From: Malacoraja senta
Lineage: Eukaryota
Reading direction: 5' to 3'
NCBI GenBank assembly: GCA_038087875.1
Contig: CM075984.1
Location: 32,922,001 to 32,986,000, forward strand
Length of the DNA: 64,000 nucleotides
Part shown: positions 26,265 through 37,663 of the stretch, one piece after another
Numbering within the stretch: the first letter of the stretch is position 1
Layout: every line of letters begins with the position of its first letter
The notes under the pieces: generated by a model
What the model was told of the DNA's origin: nothing
Database searches by the model: none
The model's input: only the letters and a program-made list of their open reading frames with translations
Position numbers and translations under genes: made by a program

Positions 26265-26890
26265 ACTAATGCACAGAAAGACCTTGGGGACACAACCCAT
26301 AGCTTCCTAGGTGACACACAAGCAGATGGAATGATAAAGAAGGCGGTTTGTTTGTCTTCATCAGAAGGGTATTGAGTATAAGAGCCAGGAAGCCCATTTA
26401 CAGCTTTAGAACTTTGGTTAGGAGTATAGAACTTTGGTTTGGAGTATTGCGTTCAGTTCTCTTCGCCCCATTACAGAAAGGATATGAAGACTTTGGAGAG
26501 TGTTTACCAGAAGTTTATCAGAATGTTGCCTTGATTAAAGGGTATTAGCTATAAGGAGAGGTTGGACAAAAGGATTTTTTCTCTGGAGTGTCAAAAGCTG
26601 ATGGGAGAATTGATAAAAAATTATAAAATTATGAGAGATATACAGTAGATAGGGTAGACGAACGGAACCTTTCTCCCAGAATTGAAATATTAAAGACTAG
26701 AGAGCATAGCTTTAAGGAGGGAAGGCAAAATTTAAAAGAGATGTGCGGGGTATGTTTTTTTACACAGTGAGTGATGGGTGATTGTAATGTGCTGCCTGTG
26801 TTGGTGGTGGAAGCAGATATGATAGTGGCATGTAAGAGGCTTTGGGATAGGCATATGGATATTCAGGAAATGGAAGATATCAGGATGGAA
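26265..26890 (+). mobile_element. Old CR1 LINE 3' fragment
   Basis: Decayed ORF2 C-terminus (actttggttagg, ttggagtattgcgttcagttct, ataaggagaggttggac). Confidence 0.8.
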
Positions 26891-27231
26891 GGGGAGTCAG
26901 GCCCAGAGCTATAATGATTGTTCGACAGGCTGACCATGGCAAACATGCTGGACTGTAGGAGAGAATCCGTCATTCTGAAGGATGTCACTATATCACACTG
27001 TAAGGAATGTTTTATTCCGTTGTTTCAAACTGTCATTTGTCTGCAGTTTGTTGTAGAGCAACCTTACTGTTTTGATTAATTTTAGATCCTTACATAGAAT
27101 ATTTAAGATTTTAGTAATTCAGTTTATGGAATGTACCAACAAAATAATGTGCAACAACATTACTGAGTCTTCGTGTCACCACTCAACGAATTTTGAGTCA
27201 ATGCTATCAAAAGGTGAATGTGATACTACCC

Positions 27232-27720
27232 GCAAGTCAGTCTGAAATAAGTCAGTGCATTCACTATGAAATCAGTCAGTCCAAACAATGACGCTGTGAC
27301 ACTGGCTAGTGTAAACACTGGCACAGGGCACCAGTCAGTGTAAACGCTGATACTGTTGAATCAGTCAGTGCTAACAATGAAACTGTCGGTACAAACACTG
27401 ACACTATCAAAACAGTCAGTACAAACAGTGCCATTGTGTGACAAATCAATGTAAACACTGACCCTGTGGCAAAGACCTGTGTAAACATTAAAACAGTAGC
27501 ATCGGGCTGTGCAAACACTGGCACTGTGACACCAGCAAGTGCAAACACTAACAGTGTGACACTAGTCAATACAAACACTGACACTATGACACTGACAGTC
27601 AGTTTCAAAAATAGCACCAAATCAGTGCAAACCTTGTGACAAATATCTGTGCAATATCTAGCATTATAGAATCAGATCATTCAAACATTAACACTGGAAC
27701 TAGTCAATACACACACGTTG
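27232..27720. repeat. Degenerate minisatellite, unit about 30 bp
   Basis: Recurrent cagtcagtgtaaacactgacactgtgacac variants; gives the 10-aa periodic ORF 27306-27620(-). Confidence 0.8.
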
Positions 27721-27949
27721 TGAGATGAGTCAGCAGGATAATCATAAATATACCCATTTTTAACTTTTAATGCAAAGAGAAATGTCACAAATTGGTGGTG
27801 TAACTAACAGGCTTCTGAATGATTTAAATGAATGAGTTATCTCATGATCACCTGATAGACACAGAGATCTGTAAGTACAGTACCTGGCATTGCTGGGGTG
27901 GCCTCCATTATGCCCAATAACATGCACTCCAGGGCAGACTCAGACTAAG

Positions 27950-29900
27950 AGTCCCCCCCCCCACCCCCTACCTTCCGCCCAAGCATCCTCTTGGCTAATG
28001 TACAGTCCTGAGAAAATAAGATTGAAGACTTAAGAGCATGACTGCTTTACCAAAGGGACTTGAGGGAAGCTGTGTGTGCACTGTTTCACAGAGACTTACC
28101 TTACCCCCAGTTCTCCAAGCTCCGCCTCTAGCCCAAAGGTTTTTCAATCCATCATAACGGACCAGAAAAAATGAGCCGACGTCTGTCTCAAAATAAACTC
28201 TTTGTGATGCTCAGACATAGCGATCTTGTCCAACTCCTGCTCCTCTGCCCTGCAACACCTAGCAGAGAAGTACTGTCTCTTCTATGTCCCAAGGGAATTC
28301 ACTTCCATGACTGCATTCCACATCCCAGCTCAGGTAGACGTTCGGCAAACACTTAAGGAACTCTATGCCGTGGTCAATGATGTCCTCTGGACAATGTACT
28401 CCACGATCTTCTCCATTATTAATGGGGACGTCAACAAGGTTAGCTTGAAGAAGATACTTCCAAACTGTCATTAGCATGTCTCCTGCAGCACCAGAAGATC
28501 AAATATTCTTGAGCACAGTTATTCCACTATGAGAGATGTTTATTGTTCCATCCCTCCGCTGCACTTTGGTAAATTGGACCACCTGGCTGTGCTACGTATG
28601 CATATAGGCAGCGACTGAAGATTTCAACTCTGGTGAAAAGGATTGTGTAGATCAGATCAGGGGAGGCAGAGGAGCAACTTCACGACTGCTTGGACTGGGT
28701 AGACTGGGCGATATTCAAGGACTTGGCAATGGACTTGAACAAAAACGCCACTGTTGTTACCAACTTCATAAGGAAATGTGTGGAGGAATGTGCTCCTACC
28801 TAGACCATCCAAGTGTTCCCGAACCAGAAGCCTTGGACGAACTTGGAGATCAGCAATCTATTGAGGACCAGATCTGTGGCCTTCAGGTCAGGCGATCCAG
28901 AGTCATACAAGAAGTCCAGGTACAAACTTAAAAAAGGTCATTGAGAATGCACGGAGGTACTTCCGGACTAGAGGGTCAGGCAGAAGCTTGGAAACAGTGG
29001 CACTTCCTTCAAGGTGAAACCAAGTAGAATAAGTGAGAGCAATGAATCATTCTCGGACAACCTCAATGCTTTCTATGCTCACTTTGAAAAGGAGAACAAC
29101 AATGTATCTTTAAGGCCACCGCGGTCCCTGACACCACAGTGATCTCAGTGTCCAAGGTTGAAATCAGAAGATCCCCCTTGAGGTTGAACCCTCAGACCGC
29201 ATCTGGCCCTGATGGTGTACCTGACCATGTTCTCAAAACCTGTACAGACTGGTGCCGTTCAACACCATCATCCCTTCCAAACTCATTGCTAAACTCTGAG
29301 AACGGGGTCTCTGCTCCTCCTTGTGCAACTGGATCCTTGACTTCATCATCAGGAAACCTTAATAAGTATGAATTGGCAACAATACCTCTTCCCCGCTGAC
29401 CATCAGCACGGGGGTACCTCGGGGCTCTGTGCTTAGTCCCCTGCTCCACTTTCTCTATATTCATGATTGTGTAGACAGACACTGCTCCAACACTATCTTC
29501 ATCACCGCCAACGATACCACCCTGGTGGGACAAATAAGGGGTAATGACAAAATAAGGGGAGATCGTTAATCTTTTTGAGTGGTGTCAGAACAGCAATCTC
29601 GCTCTCAATATTAACAAGACCAGAGTGCTGATTGTTGACTTCAGGAAGGGAAAGTCAGGGACCATGCACCTGCCTTCTGGTGGGTTGGTGGTGGTGAGCA
29701 TCAACAGCATCAGGTTCCTGGGCATACATATCTCTGAAGATGTGTCCTGGCCCCAGCATATTGATGCAATCACAAAGAAGGCCTACCAATGCCTCTACTT
29801 CCTTAGACGTTTGAGGAGATTCAGTATTTCTCCGAGTCCTCTAGAGAATGTCCATAAGAGTGTGGTGGAAAGTAGAGGGTTGCATCATGTCCTAGTTTGC
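27950..29900 (+). mobile_element. Rex1/Babar-clade LINE, decayed and internally deleted (APE and RT pieces)
   Basis: SILLANVQS..NKIEDLRA (APE start), ASGPDGVP, TGVPRGSVLSPLL..YIHDCV, LIVDFRK, FLGIHISEDVSW..AYQCLYFLRRLRRF. Confidence 0.8.
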
Positions 29901-29919
29901 TTGGTCTCGACGATGTAAA

Positions 29920-30590
29920 AGTGGCAACATGGGGAGTACCAAATGCAGTTGATGAGATTCAAAGTGCATGTAAACCTCTATCTCACCTGGAAAGGCTGCT
30001 GAGATCCCTGGATGGATGTGAGCAATGAGGTATAAGGACAGGTGTTACCTATCCTGCGATTGCAGCAGAAAATACCTGGAGAAGGGGCAAGTTAGGTGGT
30101 AAGGGATGAATCAACCAAAAGATGTGGACATTATGGTCTCTGCGGATAGCAGAAAAGATTATGGCCAGATTGAGGCCAGACACAAACTGGAGGAACAACA
30201 TCTCATATTTTGCTTTGGTATGAATATAGAATTTTCCACTTTCAAGTATCATCATGCCACACCCTCTTTATTTTTCCTACTCCCTGGTGTGCTCACATTT
30301 CTCTCGCCGTCACCCACACATCCCCCCGACTGTCGCCCTGTTCCTCTCCCCACCTTTGTACACTATTTACTATCCCCCATAACCCACATCCTTCCCTCTG
30401 GCTTTACATTTCACCCTTTCCTCTCCTTACCTGATATCCTATTGTTTCCTTTTTACCTCTAACTTTGTCTCTTACAACACCAATCAGCCAAACAAACATC
30501 CCAGCACCTGTATCCACCTACCACAGCCAGGTTGTCCCATCCCCATCTCTCTTCTCCAGCTTTCTCCCCCCCCCCCCCTCCTCACTCCAA
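29920..30590. mobile_element. Penelope-like element remnant: inverted GIY-YIG pieces plus 3' UTR
   Basis: Minus strand 30085-29940 reads PSPGIFCCNRRIGNTCPYTSLLTSIQGSQQPFQVR*RFTCTLNLINCIW; plus strand about 30165-30245 reads QIEARHKLEEQHLIFCFGMNIEFSTFK (GIY-YIG C-terminus). Confidence 0.75.
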
Positions 30591-30594
30591 TCAT

Positions 30595-31250
30595 TGTTCT
30601 TGAAAGTGGCAACACAGATAGACCGACGGGTGAAGAATGCATTTGGTACTCTTGCCTTCACCAGTCAGGATATTCAGTACAGCAGTTGGAATGTCATATT
30701 ACAGCTGTACAATATGTTGGGTGGGCCACATTCAAAGAATTGTGTACAGTCTGGTCGCCCTGCTATAAGAAGGATATCATTACAATGAAAAGAGTGCAAA
30801 AAAAGGTTCATAAAGATGTTACCGGGATAAGAACGTTTGAGTGATAAGGAATGGCTGGATAAGCTAGGAGTTTTGTCCTTGAAACTTAGGCTGAGGGGCA
30901 AACATTGAGATATATAAAATCGTAAGGGAATAGATAAGATGAATAGCCACATTTTTTTCCCCCCATGGGAAGCAGAATCAAAAGCTAGAGGGCATAATTT
31001 TAAGCTGAGATGGGAAAGGTTTAAAAGATACATTGTTTTCACAGAGAGGTGCATATATGGAATGAACTGCCAGAGGAAGTGGTACAGGGGGGTACAATTA
31101 CGACACTTAAAAGCCATAGACAAGTATATGGATAGGAAACGTTAGGAGGGCTATGGGTAAGGCATAGGCAAATGGGAATGGCTTGGTTTGGCAATGTGGT
31201 CAGCTGGTACGTTGGGCTGAAGGGCCGGTCTCCATGCGATAACTCTCTGA
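30595..31250 (+). mobile_element. Old CR1 LINE 3' fragment
   Basis: LKVATQIDRRVKNAFGTLAF, SKARGHNFKLR, CR1 3' UTR. Confidence 0.85.
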
Positions 31251-31671
31251 CCACACATTTTTCACATAATATCCTATCCGCCATGGTGTCATACATTCAC
31301 AACTTGCCTTTAACCCCCGCCGATTCTCAGAAACCTCCCTGCAAATATCCCATGCTGTCAGCCAGCTTGGTACTATCAACAAACCTGGATATATTATGCT
31401 GATCACCTCATCTGAAACATTGATATAGATTGTGAATAGTGGAGTCCTACCATGGACCCTTGAAGCATCCCACCAGATACATTAACCCCAAAAGAAACTA
31501 ATACCTGAAATGTACAGGTGATCTCACAACAAAAGATTAGACAGAAGGTTTCTGTTATCTGAAGTTTGGAAGAGTGTGAGGAGATATAATTGAAATGAAT
31601 AAGATCCTTAAGAATCTTGACGAGTTGGATGTAGAGAGGATGTTTCTTCTTGTGAAAGAACCCAGACCTTA

Positions 31672-31980
31672 GGGTGGCACTGTGGTTTAGCGGTGGAGCT
31701 ACTGCCTTACAGTGCCAGAGATCCGGGTTTGATCCTGACTACAGGTGCGCTTGTCTGCATAGAGTTTGTACGTTCCCCCCGTGACCTGTGTGGGTTTTCT
31801 TCGGTTTCCTCACACACTCCAAAGATGTACAGGTTTGTTGGTTAATTGGCTTGGTGTAAATGTAAAATTGTTGCCAGTGTGTGTAGGATAACATTAATAT
31901 GCGGGGCTCGCTGATTGGTGCGGACTCGGTGGGCTGAAGAGCCTGTCTCCACACTGTATCTCAAAGCTAAACTAAACTAA
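31672..31980 (+). mobile_element. tRNA-derived V-SINE (HE1-like), full length
   Basis: Pol III box A (tggtttagcgg) and box B (ggtttgatcc), V-domain (ggtttcctc.cacactccaaaga), CR1-like 3' end, (ctaaa)n tail. Confidence 0.85.
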
Positions 31981-32150
31981 ACACAAATTGCTAGAGTAAC
32001 TCAGGGGGTCAGGCAGCACCACTGGAGGACATGGTTAAGCGACGTTTCAGGTCAGGACCCTTCCTCGGACCGATTATAGTAGGGGGAAAAAGCTGAAATA
32101 AGATTCTGGCAGGACGTGATAGATAGGGTGGGCTGATTGGCACATGGGTG
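31980..32150 (-). mobile_element. Penelope-like terminal repeat fragment with hammerhead-like motif
   Basis: Minus strand CCGAGGA-A-GGGTC-ct-GACCT-GAAA-CGTC (32068-32041). Confidence 0.65.
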
Positions 32151-32360
32151 GACAAATACTCCCCCACATGACAAATACTCCCCCCACTACAATGTTTAAG
32201 ATAGAGATGTGGTGGGTTTTTTCTACTGGGAATTTAGAGTCTTTGGAATCCTGTTCCTCAAAGGGTGGTGGAAACAGTGTTTTTGAACAGGAATGGACAG
32301 ACCCTTAAGAAGCAAAGTGGTGAAAAGTTATATTAGAATACAAACTTGAGATTACAGTAA

Positions 32361-33159
32361 CGGGGCTGTCCCACGGCGGCAACCTAATCTGCGAGTTTAG
32401 AAAAGTTTGTCATCTACTCAAACTCGCAGCATGGTCGACACGTGGTCTTAGGAGGTCCTATGAGGTCACTGGAACTCTCCTTCATGCTCGAGGGAAGTTC
32501 CCGCATACTCGCGGCCTCAGCTAGGTCGCGGAAAAATGTTCAGCATGTTGAAAAATTTTCCGCGAGTAAAATTTGGTCAGCATGGTTCTTTTTAACTCGT
32601 AATGCAGTGGAGAGGGGTCGCTATTTAGTTACAGGCAGTTGAGGGCAGCCATAGGCAATCTCCTTCGCTGACCGGGCATTTTACTTGGCTCATTGGAGTT
32701 TTCAGGACCAAGGAAAACCGACCGGTAGGTAAAATGCCCGCTAAACATCATTAAACGTTGTCTGACTTATTAAAAGTGTCTCCACTCCTTCTCCTCCCCC
32801 TTCTCTCCCTTTCTTTCCCCATCTCTCCCCATCTCTCTCCTTCTCTCCCCCTCTCTCCACTTCTCTCCCCTTCTCTCCCACCCCCCCCGCGCTCTCGGAA
32901 AGACTTACCATACACTGTGTAGCCGTCTTTTACCTTACCCTTCATCGCGTGTGTGAATTTCAGACAGGGCTCCCCCGCTTTCCCTGGCCTCCGCCTTTGC
33001 GATGTGTATGTGTGTGTGCGCGGTCGGTCGATCCAGCTCGCGGTTTCATCGCTGACGGTCGATCCAGTTCGAGGTTTTTCAGGCGAGTGCCCTCGAGCTT
33101 GAAGGTTGAAGACACTCTTCTGAACTCACGGATTAGGTCGCCGCCGTGGGACAGCCCCT
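32361..33159. mobile_element. PIF/Harbinger-type MITE (about 800 bp)
   Basis: Terminal inverted repeats of about 45 bp: ggggctgtcccacggcggcaacctaatctgcgagtttag versus ctgaactcacggattaggtcgccgccgtgggacagcccc; flanked by TAA and TTA. Confidence 0.85.
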
Positions 33160-33239
33160 TTAGGTCAACCCTAATCTTATTGAAAGAGAACCAGGGTCCA
33201 GTGGTAATGTGAAAGCACCAGGTCAGATTGCTGGTGAAA

Positions 33240-33880
33240 AGAACATTAAGTTGTCAACCATCTCTACAGCAGCTCAGTTGATGAGGACAGAGCTTGTTCA
33301 ACCTCTTTGCTTCCTTAGGTCAACAACCAACACTTTTGTCTTGCTGAGGTTAAGGGCTAAATTGTTGTAGAAGGTTTTCAATCTCTTTCCTGTATCCTGT
33401 ATTATCATTGTTGTTGATATGGCCAACAACAGTAATATCATCAACAAACGTAACCATTGAGTTGGTGTTGTACTTGGCCACACAGTCCTAGGTGTACAGG
33501 AGGTAGCGCAAATGACTGAGCACGCAACACTGAAGGATACCAACAGGATGAAGGAAATGTTATGGTCAATTCAAACTTATTGAGGTCTGCCAATCAAGAA
33601 GTCCAGAAGCCATTGGAAGGCTCTAAGGCCAAGGTCCAGAAGTTTAGGGATGAACTTAATCGGTATTATGGTGTTGTAGGCTGATCTGTCAAGACATATT
33701 GTCAAGATGATCTGGAACTCAACGTGATACAAGAGAGATGGTATCCTCGTGGATCTATTTTTTCCATATGCAAACTACAAGGGATCTAGATTGCTCGAAG
33801 ACTGGCACAGATATGAGCTATTACCAGTCTTTCAAAACACTTCATTATGGTTGATGTTAGAACTAAAGGGTGACAGTCAG
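33240..33880 (-). mobile_element. Rex1/Babar-like LINE fragment
   Basis: Minus-strand NNLALNLSKTKVLVVDLRK. Confidence 0.65.
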
Positions 33881-33929
33881 TAGCTCTAAATGTTTTCTCT
33901 TCTTAACCTGAGACCATGGCCTCTTTATT

Positions 33930-34380
33930 TTTGTTTGACATCTCTTAATTTGACACCTTATCAAAGTCATTCTGAAAGAGCACATGCACCATATCTATCT
34001 ATTCTGCCTACTACAATCTCAAAAATACTCCAGTGGATTTGTCAAATTCTGTTTCATAAATCCATTTTGACTCTACACAACAACAATATAATTCTCTGAG
34101 ACTTCCATTGTTCTTAATTATAAACTCCAGCATTTTCCCTCCTCTTGGCTTAGAGTAACTGTCCGATGGTTCCTTGCTTTCTCTCTGTCGCCTTTTTCAA
34201 ATGATTGGTTACATTTGCACCCTTTCAATCTGTGGAAACCATTCTTGAATCCATAGAATTTTGGAGGATGACAACTAGTACATCCGCTATCTCTGTAACC
34301 ATGTTGTTCAAAACTTCAAAATGCCATTGGTTCCAAAGGATTTCTGACCTATCATTCCCATCAATTTCTCCTTGACTAAT
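33930..34380 (-). mobile_element. Old CR1 fragment
   Basis: Minus-strand EIADVLVVILQNSMDSRMVSTD, like CR1 EIVDALVIIFQNSLDSG. Confidence 0.65.
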
Positions 34381-36113
34381 TTGTATTAAAACTAATATTT
34401 TGTGCTCCTTATTCATTCCGAACCTCGTGTACTCCAAAAAACTCAATTTTACTGTGAAGTCAAACACAAAATATTTTGTCTGTGTCATTTTTCAACACAA
34501 TGTTTTCTACCTCAATCTCAAAAGGGCAACTCTAAACCAGCTAATTTTCCTTCGTATATATTTACAGAAGTTCTTGCAACCTGTATTTGTGTTTCTTCTG
34601 AGGCTATACACTTTTTCTGCTTTTTCTTTCATAGCAATGTCTTGGCCCTCCTTTACTGAAATCTGAAATTGTTCCACTAATTTTTTCTACTTTTGGTCTC
34701 ATGCCGTCAATATGTTACCACTTAATGCAATCATCAGGTCAGTGTGAAACCTGTCACTGGGACCGTGTGACAAATGTCAGTGCTATTACTTCAGTATAAT
34801 CATTTGATTTGTGTCACGCCATCACAGTAATCAATGCAACTAGTCCATTCCCTTCACAGATGTTGCCTTACCCACTGAATTACTCCACCACTTTGTGTTT
34901 CCTTCCAGTTTCCAGCGTCTCCAGTTCCTTGTATTAGTCAATAGAGTCATACCAGTCAGTGCCTTCATTGCAGAAAATGACATCAGTTAGTCCAGACACC
35001 AAACATTTAAATCATGAAATGAGTCATCATTCAGTATGATCAATGGACCAACTTCATATAAGTCATTTCAATTAGTGTGGCTGTGTTACTCGTGGTCCAA
35101 TAAATGAATCAGTGTAACATCAGTCCTTGCAATCATTATGTCTGTGCAGAATGAGCTGGTGCAGTTAATGAATGAATGCCATACGTGTCGGTTTAGATAC
35201 TGGGAAAGTGTGACCCCCACCCCTCCCCTCATGCAGTCTTCATACCCATACTGCTTCCACTGGTCATTCCTCTCACTACATTCTGCCTATTTTTTTCCAA
35301 ATTCCACAAGCGCCACTGATCATTCCCCAGGCTACATACCTTGTATTGTTCACTTCTCCCCATGCACACTGTACTGGCCGTCCCATGCAGCGCACCACGT
35401 ACTGTGTGGTTGGTGCTTCTCCTGCTCCTCAGCTTGTACAGCCCACCCATTATCAATGGTACATCTTCCACCTGTTTTAGGGGATAAGCTTGTTGTGTAA
35501 CAGCTGTAATGTTTGGACAAGCGGGTTAATTATGTGCAACTCACGGAATTGTTTCTTGCCCAGATAAAGAGAAATTCCTCCTGATGCAGAGAGCGATGTA
35601 AATAAGTGATGAATAATGCACTTGTAGGAGTGTCATATTGTGATATCCACATGAAATGATTGCTATTGTTTGTAACATTTCTTTGATATACTATTACACT
35701 TCCTCTGCATATCACTTGAAGATGATGAATATTGAATTTGTTTTGGTAATCTTGCTCTGGGTATCCACTTCACCAATCAATCCATGTGCTGGCTGATTCA
35801 GATTTCCACCCATAAATACAGCCAGCCTTGTGTGCAACAGAAGAACGAGCAGGCCAGGTTAACATTGAACGAGGGCAAGTGAGTGCTGATCCTGTACCCA
35901 TACTTTTGTTCCTATCGCGTACCTCACGCATTGGACAATGTACTGATTGCTAAACAAAACTCTGTTTTTGATTCTCCTATTGGTATCCAACTTAAAATAA
36001 CAATTAACTGGTTTTGAAAGCGGTTTGGGATGTGGTCCTGCAGTTAATAGCTATAAAATCCAGTTGTCCACAGCTTAGATTAGTCCTGAACTTGCATCCT
36101 CATCGTGTAATAA

Positions 36114-36425
36114 CATAGAAGGAGGTCCCTTGGGCCAACAGATCTACGCTGGCTCCCAGGAGAACATCCCAGCATTCCCCTTCTCCCTCTGTTCATTTCC
36201 CAGCAGCCCTGCAACTTATCCTCTCTGGCACATAGCCATCAACTCCACTTTAAGTCTTTTTGCCATAAACCTACATGAAAGGGTAATTTTCAACAGCCAA
36301 CTGCCACATCTTTGGGATGTGGAAGGAAACCAGAGCATCCAGGTGACGCCCATGCTGTTGCATGAAAACTACATGCAGTCAACACCTGAGGTCAGGATAA
36401 AACCTGGGTTCCTACAGCTGTGATT
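36114..36425 (-). mobile_element. Degenerate V-SINE
   Basis: Reverse complement of V-domain (tctttgggatgtggaaggaaaccagagca) and box B (gaggtcaggataaaacctggg). Confidence 0.65.
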
Positions 36426-37354
36426 CCATTAGATGGCCACTCCATAAATAATTGTTCACTTGGTGGGCAGCGAAGGGTGGAGAGCGTGTATTATTTACTA
36501 ATTAGATTATTAGAATCATAGTATCTGTTTACTGAAAATGTTCACCTGAATATTGCCTTTAGCGAAATAAACTGAGAAGGATGAGAATATTTATGAATAC
36601 AAATTTGTCATGACCTGAATGCACTGTCTAAATGGTAGCAAAAGAAGCATCAGGTGACAATTGGATATATACTTAAAACAGTGAATGGAAGGGTGGTCGT
36701 ACTGTGGTTATTTCATTGAGTAGGGGCATGAACTAAGGGGCAGAGGAAGAAAACACGGTGATGGCCAGGCCATGTGACGATCCGTTGAGGTGGATGCCAA
36801 GCGCAAGGTCTGCTGTGTGAAGTACTCTGACGGGGTAAAGGATCAGATTGGGGTGTTCTGAAGCTGGCCCTCAGATCTGTGAAATCAGTAAGAAAATGGT
36901 CAGAAGTGGTCATGGGTCACTGCAGTGTCTGGGAAAGGGCTAGGGTATCTTCTGATTTTGTGCCAGTGTTGTAGAGCTCATTGGTAAAGTAACAATATCA
37001 GGAAGTGGTACCATCTAGAACCTTAAGACCAACACTTTAACTTTTATAACTATTCTATGCAACTATTCTCTCTCTTGTTATTCTTTAAAAAACTCAAATA
37101 TCTATTGCTATTTCAACTGTGACCTGAATGAGGTGAATATTCCCTTTGAGCCTGCACTGTGCGTGAATGCCTGATACATGTATTTTTGACAGCAGATCTT
37201 TAAGAGGGAAACACCTTCTGACCAAAGCTTGCTGACTTCAGGTTTCTGTGGAGCAGATATCAGAATCTTGATGACAGGTGTCAGATAGAGTTTCTGGCCT
37301 ATTGTTGAATGATGAGTTTTTTTTTAACATGTCTTTGTCTTGTACTAACCCTAG

Positions 37355-37663
37355 TTCCCCTGTCTCTGGCTGTACTAGTACTCCCATTTTCAACACTTGC
37401 ATGACTGAGCGCATGGCTGATCTCACCCCCTCCCCCACCTTCTCGAACCCTGACTCTGACATCACTGAGCTCGCAGACGAGCGCCATGATGGAAAGGAGG
37501 AGGAGGAGGAGGAGGATGAGGATGAGGATGAGGAGGAGCTGGACGATGAAATCTTTCTGGATGATCCCTTTTCTGACCTGGGGGGAGACGAAGGGTACCA
37601 GTTCCACCATGATGGCCAGGACCCGTTTTACGACCGCTCACCCTGGTTCAGTTTAGTGGGAAG
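37355..37663 (+). CDS. KIF1A: KIF1A alternative acidic cassette exon (equivalent to mammalian exon 25b): SPVSGCTSTPIFNTCMTERMADLTPSPTFSNPDSD...poly-E/D...DPFYDRSPWFSLVG(R)
   Basis: ccctag acceptor, AG|gttggt donor, 309 nt, phase 2-2; matches recalled long-isoform insert NTCMSERMAALTPSPTFS..poly-E..DPFYDRPPLFSLVGR. Confidence 0.92.

Noticed and set aside
31672-31745. tRNA gene
   Set aside because: A and B boxes are present but continue directly into a V-SINE body and tail; it is a tRNA-derived SINE head.
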